DNA of 38,066 bases from Candidatus Eiseniibacteriota bacterium (lineage in GTDB: Bacteria; Eisenbacteria; RBG-16-71-46; DASYSL01), in NCBI GenBank assembly GCA_046598045.1, contig JBKJJJ010000199.1:1-38066 (forward strand), written 5' to 3'. Within the stretch, counting starts at the first letter, position 1. The number at the start of each line of letters is the position of its first letter. The notes beneath the pieces were generated by a model. It ran no database searches. It saw only the letters and a program-made list of their open reading frames with translations, and was not told where the DNA came from. Shown in pieces: positions 38,066 through 38,066 of the stretch. The translations under genes and the position numbers were made by a program.

Positions 38066-38066
38066 C

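Overview
Very GC-rich bacterial chromosomal window with almost all genes on the minus strand. It comes from a diderm organism; the lineage cannot be fixed from sequence alone. In transcription order (right to left) it holds a partial ftcD, a TPR protein, a PHP phosphoesterase, and an unusual ORF fusing a CbrT-like ECF S-component, an internal signal peptide and a TonB-dependent-receptor-like outer-membrane barrel. Next come comEA and a complete Myxococcus/Geobacter-style type IVa pilus locus (pilB-T-C-S-R, pilA, pilH-I-G-like, pilD, pilM-N-O-P-Q), then a DUF4292/LolB-like gene, lolA, a HAD nucleotidase and one plus-strand RmlD-like SDR. These are followed by a housekeeping run (rsmD, coaD, pta, aminotransferase, FmdB zinc ribbon, obgE, HEAT protein, dprA), an LpxL-type acyltransferase fused via a signal-like segment to DUF4424/YARHG-like domains, a GAF-GAF histidine kinase with degenerate catalytic motifs, tRNA-Phe(GAA) and probably the start of another tRNA. 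Four sigma54 -24/-12 promoters sharing a TGCR-N3-YGCA dyad were read from the sequence (pilB, pilA, pilH and the pseudokinase). The most novel candidates are the S-component/outer-membrane-barrel polyprotein, the analogous LpxL fusion, the sigma54-driven pseudokinase and a PilP with a ~370-aa Pro/Ala/Lys linker. No mobile elements or CRISPR arrays were seen. All domain calls are by-eye motif recognition, not database searches.
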